From assembly GCA_030591685.1 (NCBI GenBank), contig JAUVAX010000009.1:1900-65899 (forward strand): DNA of 64,000 nucleotides. Direction: 5' to 3'. The first letter of the stretch is position 1, and every line of letters starts with the position of its first letter. This stretch comes from Pseudobdellovibrionaceae bacterium. Its GTDB lineage: Bacteria > Bdellovibrionota > Bdellovibrionia > Bdellovibrionales > UBA1609. The position numbers and the translations under genes are program-made. The notes below the pieces were generated by a model. The model had not been told where the DNA came from. It searched no databases and was given only the letters and a program-made list of their open reading frames with translations. Of this stretch, positions 38,671 to 47,781 are shown piece by piece.

Positions 38671-38943
38671 AAGACCTCCGACAAAATGGTGCGTTTAAAC
38701 AAACAAGAGCCTCTAGGTATGAGTCTATGAAGGTTACATATAATATGCAATTTTTTTTAAAAAGTATCAGGTAGTTTTTTTAGTAAGGCGCCTATTTACC
38801 GGGGGTGTAAGGGCCCATTCGAGGGCCGAATAATGAATTTTTTTAGCAAGGCTTTGTAAAGTATTCTAGAGAAATAAAAGGTCAGTTGGGGTATAACCTA
38901 CTACTTAGAAATATATATAATACCTTACGTGTGAGAAGTTTAA

Positions 38944-41217
38944 ATGCAATTAAAACAAGTAATATCAGTGATTTCAGTAGTCTTAATGTTAGGTCCAGCA
39001 GCCCAAGCGAGCCCCTCATGTAAGGGCCTTTTTAAGGGGGCAACCAAAGTTCAAGCTTTAATAAAAAAAACTCGAGGGACTTACTTTTCTCTGCTGACGC
39101 CGCATGGGCGGTTTATTGATAAAAATGACCCCAACGGGTTTGTTCAAGATGTTAAACGTACCTTTGATAATAAAGCAGTACTAGAGAAAGATCATGATGC
39201 TGCTCTTAAGGGGTATAATGAGCGCCGAGAGGCTCGCCTGCAGCGCCTTTCAACCCATAATGGCAACTCCCATGTGCTCTCTTGGTATAAGGCCTTTGAA
39301 GAGCCTGAAAAGGCCACTTATAAAACAATTGCTGAGGTTTGGTACAAAAAAAGGGGGACAGAGTCCACTGAGGATCACTTATTCGCCATTGAAAATATTA
39401 AATTATGGGTTTCTGATTATAAAAATTTATCAACTGACATTACGAACATTACAAGTCGAGGGTTTGAGGCCTATGAAAGAAACACTCTGCTCGCAAAAGC
39501 CTTAAAAAAATATAAATCAAAATATTTTGCAAAACCTAAGGTCCGTAAAGATGGTGTTTCTATTACGTTGCCGTATAGCCGTATTGAGAGCGCTACCGGT
39601 AAAATCTCCACAGAGTATAGGGATGTAAAATTTTACCGTTATGATGAGTTAGTTTCAGCACGCGAAGACTCACGCGCTGAGTATGAGAGTGTATTCGGTA
39701 TTTTAACAAGCCCTGTAGAGATAGTACGACTCAAATGGAGCTCCAAAAAACCATTTAATTGGGGGGACAAGGACCACAAAATCCACCTCGTTTTAACTCC
39801 AGCAAGGTTGGCCTTACATTTTGTAGGCTCAGGCTTAAAAGGTGTTAAGGCAATAGGAGGGCTGGCTGTTGGCACAACTAAATGGATTGCATCCATTGCC
39901 TTTAGGGGTGACGGGCAAATTCAGCAGAGGTTAATAAAGCAGGCCCGAGACCGAAGGCGTTTAGAAATGGCTTTGCACGCCCTGTTATCAAGAGCAGACC
40001 GGTCTGAAGTTGAACTCACTCTGTCCGAAGAAGAGCTTGTTAAAAAAATAAACTTAGCTTTAATAGAGCCAGGCCTGGCCCCCACAAGTAACGCCATTAA
40101 AAATGTTCAAAATGAAGAATTAAGTGCTGAAAGATCTTTAATGTATGGCATTAATACTGAAAAGCAAACTGAAACAGAGCTTCCGCGTTTACAGCGATTT
40201 AGTGACGTCTCAAAGGCTGATAAGTTAATGTCAGTACGTGGCCAACTCATGGGTAAGGTTATGCAAAAATTTAAAAAATTTGGCCCCTCGACTCTTATTA
40301 TTGGGGCTATTGCAACGACCTCTGCAGCAAACATGGGTAAAATAAAAGAGTGGGCTATGGATCGTACTGAAGTTTCTGTCCCCATAACTTTAATGTCTGA
40401 CTATGTATTTCAACAAAGAGTTAAGTATTTAGGCTATGATGGGGTCTTACGTAGTGACTCAAAGGCTTCTATTCGTAAGTACACCCTAGAGACCTCAACG
40501 ATGTTAGGGGCCGTACAAAAGGGTACCGAAAATTTTAGACAGAATTTTAGAGAGAACCCTGAAAATAATTTTTTACAAGATCCAGAGTTTGTGAAGGCCT
40601 CTGATGAAATAATTTTAAATATGCTCTCAAACCGTGAGAGCCGAGGGCTTTCTGCCGAGCTTAACTATGTTATTAAACGCACCCATGAGTTCGGATACCC
40701 AACACGCACGGTGACTCAGTTGTTTTTATCGCTCTCAAAACAGTACCCCGATTATGCCGAGTCAATAGCTCAAATTAAATCACAACTAGTTTTAGATATT
40801 AAAACTAATGGTGTTTCTAAAGTCGATATGGCGGAATACTCAAAGGACATAGGGCCTGTGTCAGTAAAACTCCCAGAGTTATTAAAAAGAGACTTAGCTT
40901 ATGTATTTTCATTTGGATATAGTAAGGCCTATAAGCATTATGCCCTTACGGGGTCTTTGATGAATGCACAGGGTAGCATTTATGCTCAATTTGCGCAGGC
41001 TCCAGAGGGTTTTGTAGCTCTAAATAAAGGCCAAAAGATACAATTTAGCCCTTACATGGGGCCGTCAAATTTATTCACAATAACATCTCGGCAGTATGTG
41101 ATGCTTAAGGGTGCTCCAAGTAAAGACGGTTTTGTAGAAGTCGACTTTGCTCAAGAAAACCATTTTACTTCACCAACAGATCAGTTTTTTGTACACATTA
41201 AGGGCCTAGATAAATAA
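38944..41217 (+). CDS. Large hypothetical exported protein (757 aa)
   Basis: Signal peptide MQLKQVISVISVVLMLGPAAQA. Long charged, probably helical regions. No recognisable domain. Confidence 0.55.
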   Translation: MQLKQVISVISVVLMLGPAAQASPSCKGLFKGATKVQALIKKTRGTYFSLLTPHGRFIDKNDPNGFVQDVKRTFDNKAVLEKDHDAALKGYNERREARLQRLSTHNGNSHVLSWYKAFEEPEKATYKTIAEVWYKKRGTESTEDHLFAIENIKLWVSDYKNLSTDITNITSRGFEAYERNTLLAKALKKYKSKYFAKPKVRKDGVSITLPYSRIESATGKISTEYRDVKFYRYDELVSAREDSRAEYESVFGILTSPVEIVRLKWSSKKPFNWGDKDHKIHLVLTPARLALHFVGSGLKGVKAIGGLAVGTTKWIASIAFRGDGQIQQRLIKQARDRRRLEMALHALLSRADRSEVELTLSEEELVKKINLALIEPGLAPTSNAIKNVQNEELSAERSLMYGINTEKQTETELPRLQRFSDVSKADKLMSVRGQLMGKVMQKFKKFGPSTLIIGAIATTSAANMGKIKEWAMDRTEVSVPITLMSDYVFQQRVKYLGYDGVLRSDSKASIRKYTLETSTMLGAVQKGTENFRQNFRENPENNFLQDPEFVKASDEIILNMLSNRESRGLSAELNYVIKRTHEFGYPTRTVTQLFLSLSKQYPDYAESIAQIKSQLVLDIKTNGVSKVDMAEYSKDIGPVSVKLPELLKRDLAYVFSFGYSKAYKHYALTGSLMNAQGSIYAQFAQAPEGFVALNKGQKIQFSPYMGPSNLFTITSRQYVMLKGAPSKDGFVEVDFAQENHFTSPTDQFFVHIKGLDK

Positions 41218-41302
41218 AAAAACCTCTTTAGTTATTAAGGGGCCATCGAATAGTTTTTTATCTGTAGAAACCTAAGGGCATTAGAATTTCAAATAACAGG
41301 GG

Positions 41303-42457
41303 TTAGTAAAGCCTTTTGACCTTGATGGCTTGATAGGCTCCCATAGAGGCCCCGAGGCTGTTTATTTCAGACGGGCCAAAAGCACGGAGCCTTGAGGTGA
41401 CCTGAACCTCGGCATTGAGCCAAAGGGCCAACGAAAAATCAAGCTGCGGTCGATTTATAATTAGAGTTTCGCCCACTTTTAAATTTTCGACCTCCCTGTA
41501 GTAAATGTAAACTCTAGACCATTTATGAGAAAGACCAAGGGCAGCACCTTTAATGCTAATTTTATACTTGCCCCTTAGGGCCGTTGTAGAGCCTGTTCTG
41601 TAGACCCCATAGGTTTTTAATTTTATATAGGCAAAAAAACTATCGTCATTGTTTTCAGGGTCATTAAACTGAGCGCTTTCTTTAACCCATGTAGGGTCTA
41701 GTGTGGTTACATAGCGGCCCTTAAGCCAACTTGATATATTTTGCTTTGGGGCGGTGTCCAGGGTAATGCTGTTGTCCTTTAAAAGTTCGGCCAAAGGCGG
41801 ATGCCCTTTTAATACTTCTTTAGGGGAGCACCCTAAAAGGCGTAAGCTTTTAAGCCGTACCGAAGCATTTTGAGTTTTTTCTTCAGCTAAGAATTTTTTA
41901 GCTAATATAAAGGGTCGATTATAAAACAAAGAGGGCTTATAGGTGGGGTGGTCGGCGGGCAGGTTTTTTAAAGACTCAAGCCAGTTTTTAGAGTTTCTGC
42001 GATTACGCTTAAGTCGAAAGCATTTGTTTTTTTTAGAAATTGGTGTTCGAGGTGATAAATAATGGAGACAGGACTTCTTAAAACTCCCCTGAGAGCTAAG
42101 ATACCTTTTTTCAGCACGATCTATAGCCGAGTTTATTTTACTTTGAGAAACGTCAGCAGAGTCTCTTAAGAAAAAGCCGAGTTTAAATTTAGACAGGTCT
42201 GCCGCTTCATATTGAAAAGCATGTGCAATAATTATTATTTCTGAATACCCTGCAGTCACGCAGTTATAAAAGTCTATAGGTGTGGCCTCAGTAATAACAT
42301 CAACGTTCGGGTTCTTGTAAAAATAATCTGAAGTTTTTTGAGTAAAGGGGTGTTGCTCTCGTTCAAAATTTAGTACGCAAACTCTTTCGTCAGCAAAACT
42401 GATCTGAGTAGAAATAACAATAATTATTAAAGCTATAAAGTTTAAAAGTAAATTCAT
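41303..42457 (-). CDS. Hypothetical exported protein with a beta-rich C-terminal region
   Basis: I prefer the ATG at 42457 (MNLLLNFIALIIIVISTQISFA signal peptide) over the track start at 42499. See the findings for a speculative His/Cys dyad. Confidence 0.5.
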   Translation of the reverse strand: MNLLLNFIALIIIVISTQISFADERVCVLNFEREQHPFTQKTSDYFYKNPNVDVITEATPIDFYNCVTAGYSEIIIIAHAFQYEAADLSKFKLGFFLRDSADVSQSKINSAIDRAEKRYLSSQGSFKKSCLHYLSPRTPISKKNKCFRLKRNRRNSKNWLESLKNLPADHPTYKPSLFYNRPFILAKKFLAEEKTQNASVRLKSLRLLGCSPKEVLKGHPPLAELLKDNSITLDTAPKQNISSWLKGRYVTTLDPTWVKESAQFNDPENNDDSFFAYIKLKTYGVYRTGSTTALRGKYKISIKGAALGLSHKWSRVYIYYREVENLKVGETLIINRPQLDFSLALWLNAEVQVTSRLRAFGPSEINSLGASMGAYQAIKVKRLY

Positions 42458-42540
42458 TTTAAGCTCTCTTTTTATACAGATTATTGTTTTTGTGACCATT
42501 CAACTGATGAGAGTTCTTTAGGTATGTCAGTGAAGCAAAT

Positions 42541-42583
42541 AAACTTAAGAGGCTAAAAAAACTGTTTTAAGCCTCTTAAGTTT
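42541..42583 (-). terminator. Long hairpin downstream of the proximal 135-aa paralog. Probable terminator.
   Basis: The perfect 14-bp inverted repeat AAACTTAAGAGGCT / AGCCTCTTAAGTTT encloses a 15-nt A/T loop. It lies 16 nt past the stop at 42599. The U-tail on the minus strand is weak (ATTTGC). Confidence 0.45.
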
Positions 42584-42598
42584 ATGAATAAATAAAAG

Positions 42599-43006
42599 TT
42601 AAAAGTTCTCTTCAGCAAATTGATAGTAGCCCGTGGTCATCCCCTGTACTACACTTAAATCAATGCGCGTTTTTTCAAGTTTGGGCTGATTTTTTTTAAG
42701 GTCATTAATATGGGCTAAAACGGCACCCTGACCAATGATAATGTCCTCTATTTCAGAGTCACTATAGCCTTGAACCCTTAGTGCGTCCGCAGTTGTGCTG
42801 TTAACATCTGCTTCATCCTCGAGTATACAAAGAGGCAATAGCACCAAGCAGCTAACATTTACAAAGAGCATCTCTTCAATGCTGTTCGAGCTTAATAGTA
42901 CTACTATATATAATGGCAAAAAAGCCTGTGATTTTTGTGGTGCCGATACTGTTACAGTTGCCGCAACAATGAGGCCTATGAATAAGGTTTTTATTTTTTT
43001 TAACAT
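42599..43006 (-). CDS. Small membrane/exported protein, tandem paralog 1 (135 aa)
   Basis: Signal/TM segment MLKKIKTLFIGLIVAATVTVSA, two further hydrophobic stretches (FLPLYIVVLL, VSCLVLLPLCIL), then a ~70-aa acidic soluble tail. RBS GGGGAGGGG. Confidence 0.6.
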   Translation of the reverse strand: MLKKIKTLFIGLIVAATVTVSAPQKSQAFLPLYIVVLLSSNSIEEMLFVNVSCLVLLPLCILEDEADVNSTTADALRVQGYSDSEIEDIIIGQGAVLAHINDLKKNQPKLEKTRIDLSVVQGMTTGYYQFAEENF

Positions 43007-43048
43007 GTTTCCCCTCCCCAGGAGCTTAAATTTATGAATAATAAAAAC

Positions 43049-43456
43049 TTAAAAATTCTCTTCAGCAAATTGATAGTAGCCAGTAGTCATCCCTGGTACT
43101 GCGCTTAAATCAATGCGCGCTTTTTCAAGCTCGGGCTGATTTTTTTTAAGGTCATTAATATAGGCTAATACGGCACCTTGACCAATGACGATGTCCTCTA
43201 TTTCGGACGCATTATAACCTTGAACACGTAAAGCCTCTGCTGTGGTGCTATTGCCATCAGATTCTTCTTCAAGTATGCAAAGAGGCAAAACCAGTAAGCA
43301 GGTGAAGTTTAGAATAAAAACATCCTCAAGGGTATCAGCATGCAACAGTGCTATTATATACAAAGGCAAAAAGGCCCGTGATTTTTGTGGTGCCGATACT
43401 GTTACAGTTGCCGCAACAATGAGGCCTATGAATAAGGTTTTTATTTTTTTTAACAT
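43049..43456 (-). CDS. Small membrane/exported protein, tandem paralog 2 (135 aa)
   Basis: About 78% identical to paralog 1 and the same length. The first 26 residues are identical. Confidence 0.6.
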   Translation of the reverse strand: MLKKIKTLFIGLIVAATVTVSAPQKSRAFLPLYIIALLHADTLEDVFILNFTCLLVLPLCILEEESDGNSTTAEALRVQGYNASEIEDIVIGQGAVLAYINDLKKNQPELEKARIDLSAVPGMTTGYYQFAEENF

Positions 43457-43775
43457 GTTTCCCCTCCCCCGAGTGAAATAAGTATTTATTTTGTTGTCTA
43501 TTTTCTAGCACAAGTATTTATTTAGATCCATGCTGGGCACATTATTTTTTATTGAGTAAAAAGCTTCTCTTGAAGGGGTATAACCTATTGTAATAACAAT
43601 GTTTTTTCACTTTTTCGCGCAGTCAGTAGGGCTTAAGGGTGCTGTAGTGGACACAAATCATACATTTCTGTCAAATTTTAATAAAATTGAAGACCTTTTT
43701 TTGTGCACCTATTAAGAAAAACAATATGATCTAGTAACTGTTAAGATATTTTTTTAAAAATGCATTTAGCGAGTA

Positions 43776-45155
43776 TTAAAGTTCATGGGCTAGAACTTGC
43801 TTGTGAGACCTATAATAGGTTCGTGGGGACTGCAAAAGCAGGTCCGGTAATTTAGACATATAGATACAAGCAAACCTCTCAACCTGGTGAGCGAAGTAAC
43901 TTTCTTCAGCCCCGGCCCTAAAAACCTCTCCCCAGTGAGGGTTAAAGGCAGAGCGCTTTTGTTTTATAAGGGGTGAAATTTGTGAGTCAATTTGTGATAT
44001 TTTTTTTAAAAGCCCATTAATTTCAGAGCTACTGTCTCGGTGCCCTTCAATAATTTGATTGGATATAAGGTTATCAATTTTGGTCTCTAGTGGTATTTTC
44101 TCATCCATAAGCCCATCAATTTTGTCGACTATGGGCTGTGCTTTTTTTATGCTGTCGATTTCTTCACCTAATTCTTCAACTACAAGTGCCGTTCGCCAAG
44201 CGCAGTCTTTTTTTAAGCGCACAATATCACCATAAATATGATCTCCAATATAGAGTATCTCCTCTGGAGCTAAGCTTAACTTGTGGGTTAAATCGTCTGC
44301 GCAACCTCCTTGGTAGACCCCCCCCTTTTCTATTGTGTCGGCGTTGGTCATTGTCCCTGTTTTGGGGTCAATTTTTAAAAAACTAAGTGTGTCATAAAAA
44401 AACCGGGGTTTTTCAGAAAGAGTAATGGTGAATTCAAATAAGTCCATCCACGAAGAGTGGTTTTTTAAAAAAGGTGAGATAGCGTAGTCTAATAATAATT
44501 TCGTATAGAAAAAATCTGAGTTAGTAAGGATAAATATTTTTTTATTATGCTTAACATAGTTTTCAAGACCCTCAACAAGAAGGGCGTCTTTAATTATAAA
44601 ATGATCTAAGCGGTCTCGAACAACGTCCTTTATGCTGCCGTCACTGTGTGCAATGTCTAAAACCTGCTTGATGTCTAAAGCCATAGTATTGTAGTCGGGC
44701 AAGGTGTTGACTTCAGTACTATCTTTGAGATCAACCAGTTGAGCAAACAGGGTGGCAAAAGATAAAGAAAAGCTCGTATCTACAGCGGCATAGTTTTCGG
44801 TGTTTAAATCAATATAGGTGCTTTTATAGATTTTTTTTTGGCGCTTATAATCAATAGGCTTAGTGCCGTGATAGCTTTCGCGAATGGCGGCGTAACGGCT
44901 GAGTTTAAGTATGTTTCCGCGGGCCTTATCAATAACAAGGCCCCTGATGGTGCGGTCGTACTCAAAATTTAATTTAAGAATACTTTTTGGGTAAGATAAG
45001 GTTTCTATTAATTTTTGTACCATTGTTTTATGAGCAAGGGCTTCAAAGTTTTCGGCGTTATAGCGGATTAGGGTATGGTCCATATCAAGTCCGATATAAT
45101 TAATTTGCTTCATATTAAGGGTACGGTTCACGTACACGCTATTAGAATTATCCAT
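43776..45155 (-). CDS. HAD-superfamily 5'-nucleotidase (cN-II-like, HAD-IG family)
   Basis: VYVNRTLNMKQINYIGLDMDHTLIRY carries the DxDxT motif in the context typical of the 5_nucleotid family. 459 aa. Confidence 0.75.
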   Translation of the reverse strand: MDNSNSVYVNRTLNMKQINYIGLDMDHTLIRYNAENFEALAHKTMVQKLIETLSYPKSILKLNFEYDRTIRGLVIDKARGNILKLSRYAAIRESYHGTKPIDYKRQKKIYKSTYIDLNTENYAAVDTSFSLSFATLFAQLVDLKDSTEVNTLPDYNTMALDIKQVLDIAHSDGSIKDVVRDRLDHFIIKDALLVEGLENYVKHNKKIFILTNSDFFYTKLLLDYAISPFLKNHSSWMDLFEFTITLSEKPRFFYDTLSFLKIDPKTGTMTNADTIEKGGVYQGGCADDLTHKLSLAPEEILYIGDHIYGDIVRLKKDCAWRTALVVEELGEEIDSIKKAQPIVDKIDGLMDEKIPLETKIDNLISNQIIEGHRDSSSEINGLLKKISQIDSQISPLIKQKRSAFNPHWGEVFRAGAEESYFAHQVERFACIYMSKLPDLLLQSPRTYYRSHKQVLAHEL

Positions 45156-45174
45156 AGTTTGTCTCTCGGTTGAG

Positions 45175-45531
45175 TTAAGTTTTTGTTTCTAGTTTAAGTT
45201 CATTCCATAAAATCATCCCACCTTGCATATTAAAGGTGTTTTCAAGGCCATTTTGAAGGGCCAGTAGTGAGGCCTGGGCTGACCGGTTACCGCTACGGCA
45301 AATAAAAATAATAGTTTGGTCTTTGGGGAGTTCATTGATGTGCTCTGCGAGCTGGTCTAATACAATAAGCTTAGAGTTAGAAACATGACCTAACTCGCCA
45401 GAGAACTCATCAGGGCCGCGAACATCAATTAGAACAACTTGTGAGGCCTTCTCATTAACCTCATCAGGCGTAACATCAAAAACGCCTTCAAAATTTGGAT
45501 TAGGGGTTTTGCTAAGCATCTCAATTATCAT
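45175..45531 (-). CDS. Single-domain rhodanese-like sulfurtransferase
   Basis: Active-site loop FICRSGNRS (CxxxxR). 118 aa. Confidence 0.8.
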   Translation of the reverse strand: MIIEMLSKTPNPNFEGVFDVTPDEVNEKASQVVLIDVRGPDEFSGELGHVSNSKLIVLDQLAEHINELPKDQTIIFICRSGNRSAQASLLALQNGLENTFNMQGGMILWNELKLETKT

Positions 45532-45858
45532 GACTGCGTGCCTTATGTTATGGGGTGTCTATTTTGTCGTTTAGATTTTTGTTAGCCCCTACTCAGAGCT
45601 GTTAAAAAAAAGGAGCCCATGAAAAATAAACGCGAGGCTGGCCTTGTTTTGAGACCTAAAGTACAAAAGTTAAATATAGTTTAAAAAAAATAAATTGCAC
45701 AGTAAAAACAGTTTGTTATTGGTTTTTGAGGTATCAGAGAAGGCTTACGTGACAAAGCGGGTCAATCTGCACGAAAAGACCTTGTGCCGAGTCCTAATAA
45801 TAGACAAGGGAGTGCTCATAACATAAGTTTAACTCTCTTAAGATACATAGGGGGCTCA

Positions 45859-47127
45859 ATGTCTTTAACGCCCAGCCAACAAATGGCTTTAGATTTAATT
45901 AATTCTGATGGGAATGTTTTTCTCACCGGTGCCGCTGGTACGGGTAAGAGTTTTGTAATTAAAGAGTTTTTAAAAAATCATGACCCTAAGGTTTTTCCTG
46001 TTTTAGCAAGCACAGGGGCGGCCGCTGTTTTAATTGGGGGCCGTACATTTCATAGTTTTTTTGGTATTGGTATTATGGAGGGTGGCGTTGACGCCACTAT
46101 TGAGAGAGCCCTTAAGGACCGCCGAGTGGTCAGGCGTTTAAAAAATATTAATGGTTTTATATTAGATGAGGTTTCTATGCTTTCGGGCCCGGTTATAGAG
46201 GCCGCTGAAAGAATCGCGAGCATGGCAAGGCAAAACCCACTTTACCCATGGGGAGGGTTAAAGGTCATCGCAGTTGGTGACTTTGCGCAACTCCCCCCAG
46301 TAGAGAGGGGTCGCGGTCAAAAATCATGGGCCTTTTTAAGCCCCGTCTGGAAGAGAACACAGTTTCAACCCTTTATGCTTGAGCAAAACTTGAGGTCTGA
46401 AAACGTAGATTTTTTAAAAGTTTTACAGAAAATTCGAGTAGGAGATGTTGACGAAGATGTGAGTGATTTTTTACATAGTAGGGTGCAAGAGTTGCCCGAA
46501 ACTGAAAACATCACACGCCTTTACCCGCGTAGAAACCAAACTCAAAGCTTTAACGAAAAACGACTAAAGGATCTTGAGGGAGACGTTGTTGAGCTTAAGT
46601 CCGAGTACCACGGACCTCAAAAATTTATCGATCGATTAAAAAAAACATCTCCTATTGAAGAAATAATACGACTTAAAATAAATTGTCTTTTAATGCTTAG
46701 GCAAAATGACCCGCGAATGAGGTGGGTAAATGGCTCTACGGGAGTTCTTGAGGACATCAAAGAGGATGGCCTCAGGGTGCGCCTATTATCAAATGATCGG
46801 CTTGTTACTGTGGATAAGGTCTCTTTTTCAATGTTAGATGCTGAAGGGAAAGTGGTTGCTGCTGTGACCAATTACCCCGTGAGTTTAGCTTATGCGGCGA
46901 CAATTCATAAAGCTCAGGGTATGACTCTCGACAGGGTACAAGTGGATTTAAGGTCTTTGTGGGAGCCAGGTCAGGCCTACGTAGCTGTTAGCAGAGTCAC
47001 ACACCCCAATGGTTTATACCTAACAGGCTGGGACAATGGCTCTATAAAAAGTGACCTTACAGTCAGTCGGTTTTACGATTATATTAGCCAAAAAACAAAC
47101 CAGCAGTGCACACCAGTTGAGACTTAG
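45859..47127 (+). CDS. Pif1/RecD-family SF1B DNA helicase
   Basis: Walker A LTGAAGTGKSF, Walker B FILDEVSML and motif AATIHKAQGMTLD. The ATG at 45859 follows GGGGG by 5 nt. The track start at 45784 is a GTG. Confidence 0.8.
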   Translation: MSLTPSQQMALDLINSDGNVFLTGAAGTGKSFVIKEFLKNHDPKVFPVLASTGAAAVLIGGRTFHSFFGIGIMEGGVDATIERALKDRRVVRRLKNINGFILDEVSMLSGPVIEAAERIASMARQNPLYPWGGLKVIAVGDFAQLPPVERGRGQKSWAFLSPVWKRTQFQPFMLEQNLRSENVDFLKVLQKIRVGDVDEDVSDFLHSRVQELPETENITRLYPRRNQTQSFNEKRLKDLEGDVVELKSEYHGPQKFIDRLKKTSPIEEIIRLKINCLLMLRQNDPRMRWVNGSTGVLEDIKEDGLRVRLLSNDRLVTVDKVSFSMLDAEGKVVAAVTNYPVSLAYAATIHKAQGMTLDRVQVDLRSLWEPGQAYVAVSRVTHPNGLYLTGWDNGSIKSDLTVSRFYDYISQKTNQQCTPVET

Positions 47128-47139
47128 TTTTTAAGGGGC

Positions 47140-47781
47140 TCAAATTTCAAGGGGCAAGAGCATTTCAATGGCTGTGCACTGGCACGGCGGTCTTTTACAG
47201 CGAACACAGTTATAGTCTAGGTGAGACCAGTACAAAGGGTGCTCCTTTATTTCTTTAAATCCTAATTTTTTTAGGTACTTATAAGAGGAGTTTCCGGGGG
47301 ACTCCTTCCAGCTATGGCAGATAATGGCCTGAGTTGGTATTTTTTTAAAACTATCAATAGAAAGCTTCGAGAGGTGAAGACCCAGGCCCTTGAGTCGGTG
47401 ATCTTTATGCAAAAATAGACTTTTAAAATACCCGACCTGTGAGGGGTGAAAGCCCCACTTTTCAGGCGTAAGCCCCTTAGTTTTTTTTACCCATAAACCA
47501 GGAGCAAGGCTGAGGCGAAGACCAACAACTTTACTCTCTTGAGTTCGAGCGATATAAGAAACAGTGGTGTTGCCCTTTACGCTCATTAATAAATAGTCCT
47601 CAAGTTCAGTTCGGGTAAAGTAATTAACCCCAATCCATTGGTCAGAAAAGGCAAGGCTGTCGTCTAAATCATTGTGTGAAAGGGGAGTTATAATGTAATT
47701 TTCAAAACTCAATGTAGCTCCTCTAGGGTCGCTATTTTTTTCGCTTAAGCTTACGAGGCTTTTCAAAGCGAGATTCTTCAT
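47140..47781 (-). CDS. GNAT-like acetyltransferase with a Cys-rich C-terminal tail
   Basis: Acetyl-CoA loop-like HRLKGLGLHL. C-terminal C..C......C.C (CVRCKRPPCQC). The start is uncertain: the ATG at 47781 overlaps the helicase gene by 50 nt, and an in-frame TTG near 47712 would remove the overlap. Confidence 0.45.
   Translation of the reverse strand: MKNLALKSLVSLSEKNSDPRGATLSFENYIITPLSHNDLDDSLAFSDQWIGVNYFTRTELEDYLLMSVKGNTTVSYIARTQESKVVGLRLSLAPGLWVKKTKGLTPEKWGFHPSQVGYFKSLFLHKDHRLKGLGLHLSKLSIDSFKKIPTQAIICHSWKESPGNSSYKYLKKLGFKEIKEHPLYWSHLDYNCVRCKRPPCQCTAIEMLLPLEI

Larger units (their letters stand above)
42573..43472. repeat. Direct tandem duplication, two units of ~450 bp, each holding one 135-aa gene with its RBS and 3' flank
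   Basis: The gene stops are exactly 450 bp apart (42599 vs 43049). 42928-43019 is identical base-for-base to 43378-43469 (92 bp). The remainder is diverged by roughly 10-25%. Confidence 0.85.

Noticed and set aside
42573-43472. Possible CRISPR-like or other interspersed repeat array
   Set aside because: There are only two units, each 450 bp and protein-coding. There is no short repeat/spacer periodicity and there are no cas genes. This is a gene duplication.
42795-43481. Plus-strand ORFs 42795..43037 and 43242..43481
   Set aside because: They are antisense to the two tandem 135-aa genes and are duplicated only because the underlying DNA is duplicated. The minus-strand genes have the RBS and the signal peptides.
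45619-45684. 21-codon ORF (MKNKREAGLVLRPKVQKLNIV) after AGGAG, in the rhodanese/Pif1 intergenic region
   Set aside because: The SD-to-ATG spacing is only 3 nt, I recognise no similarity, and the ORF is too short to support from sequence alone.
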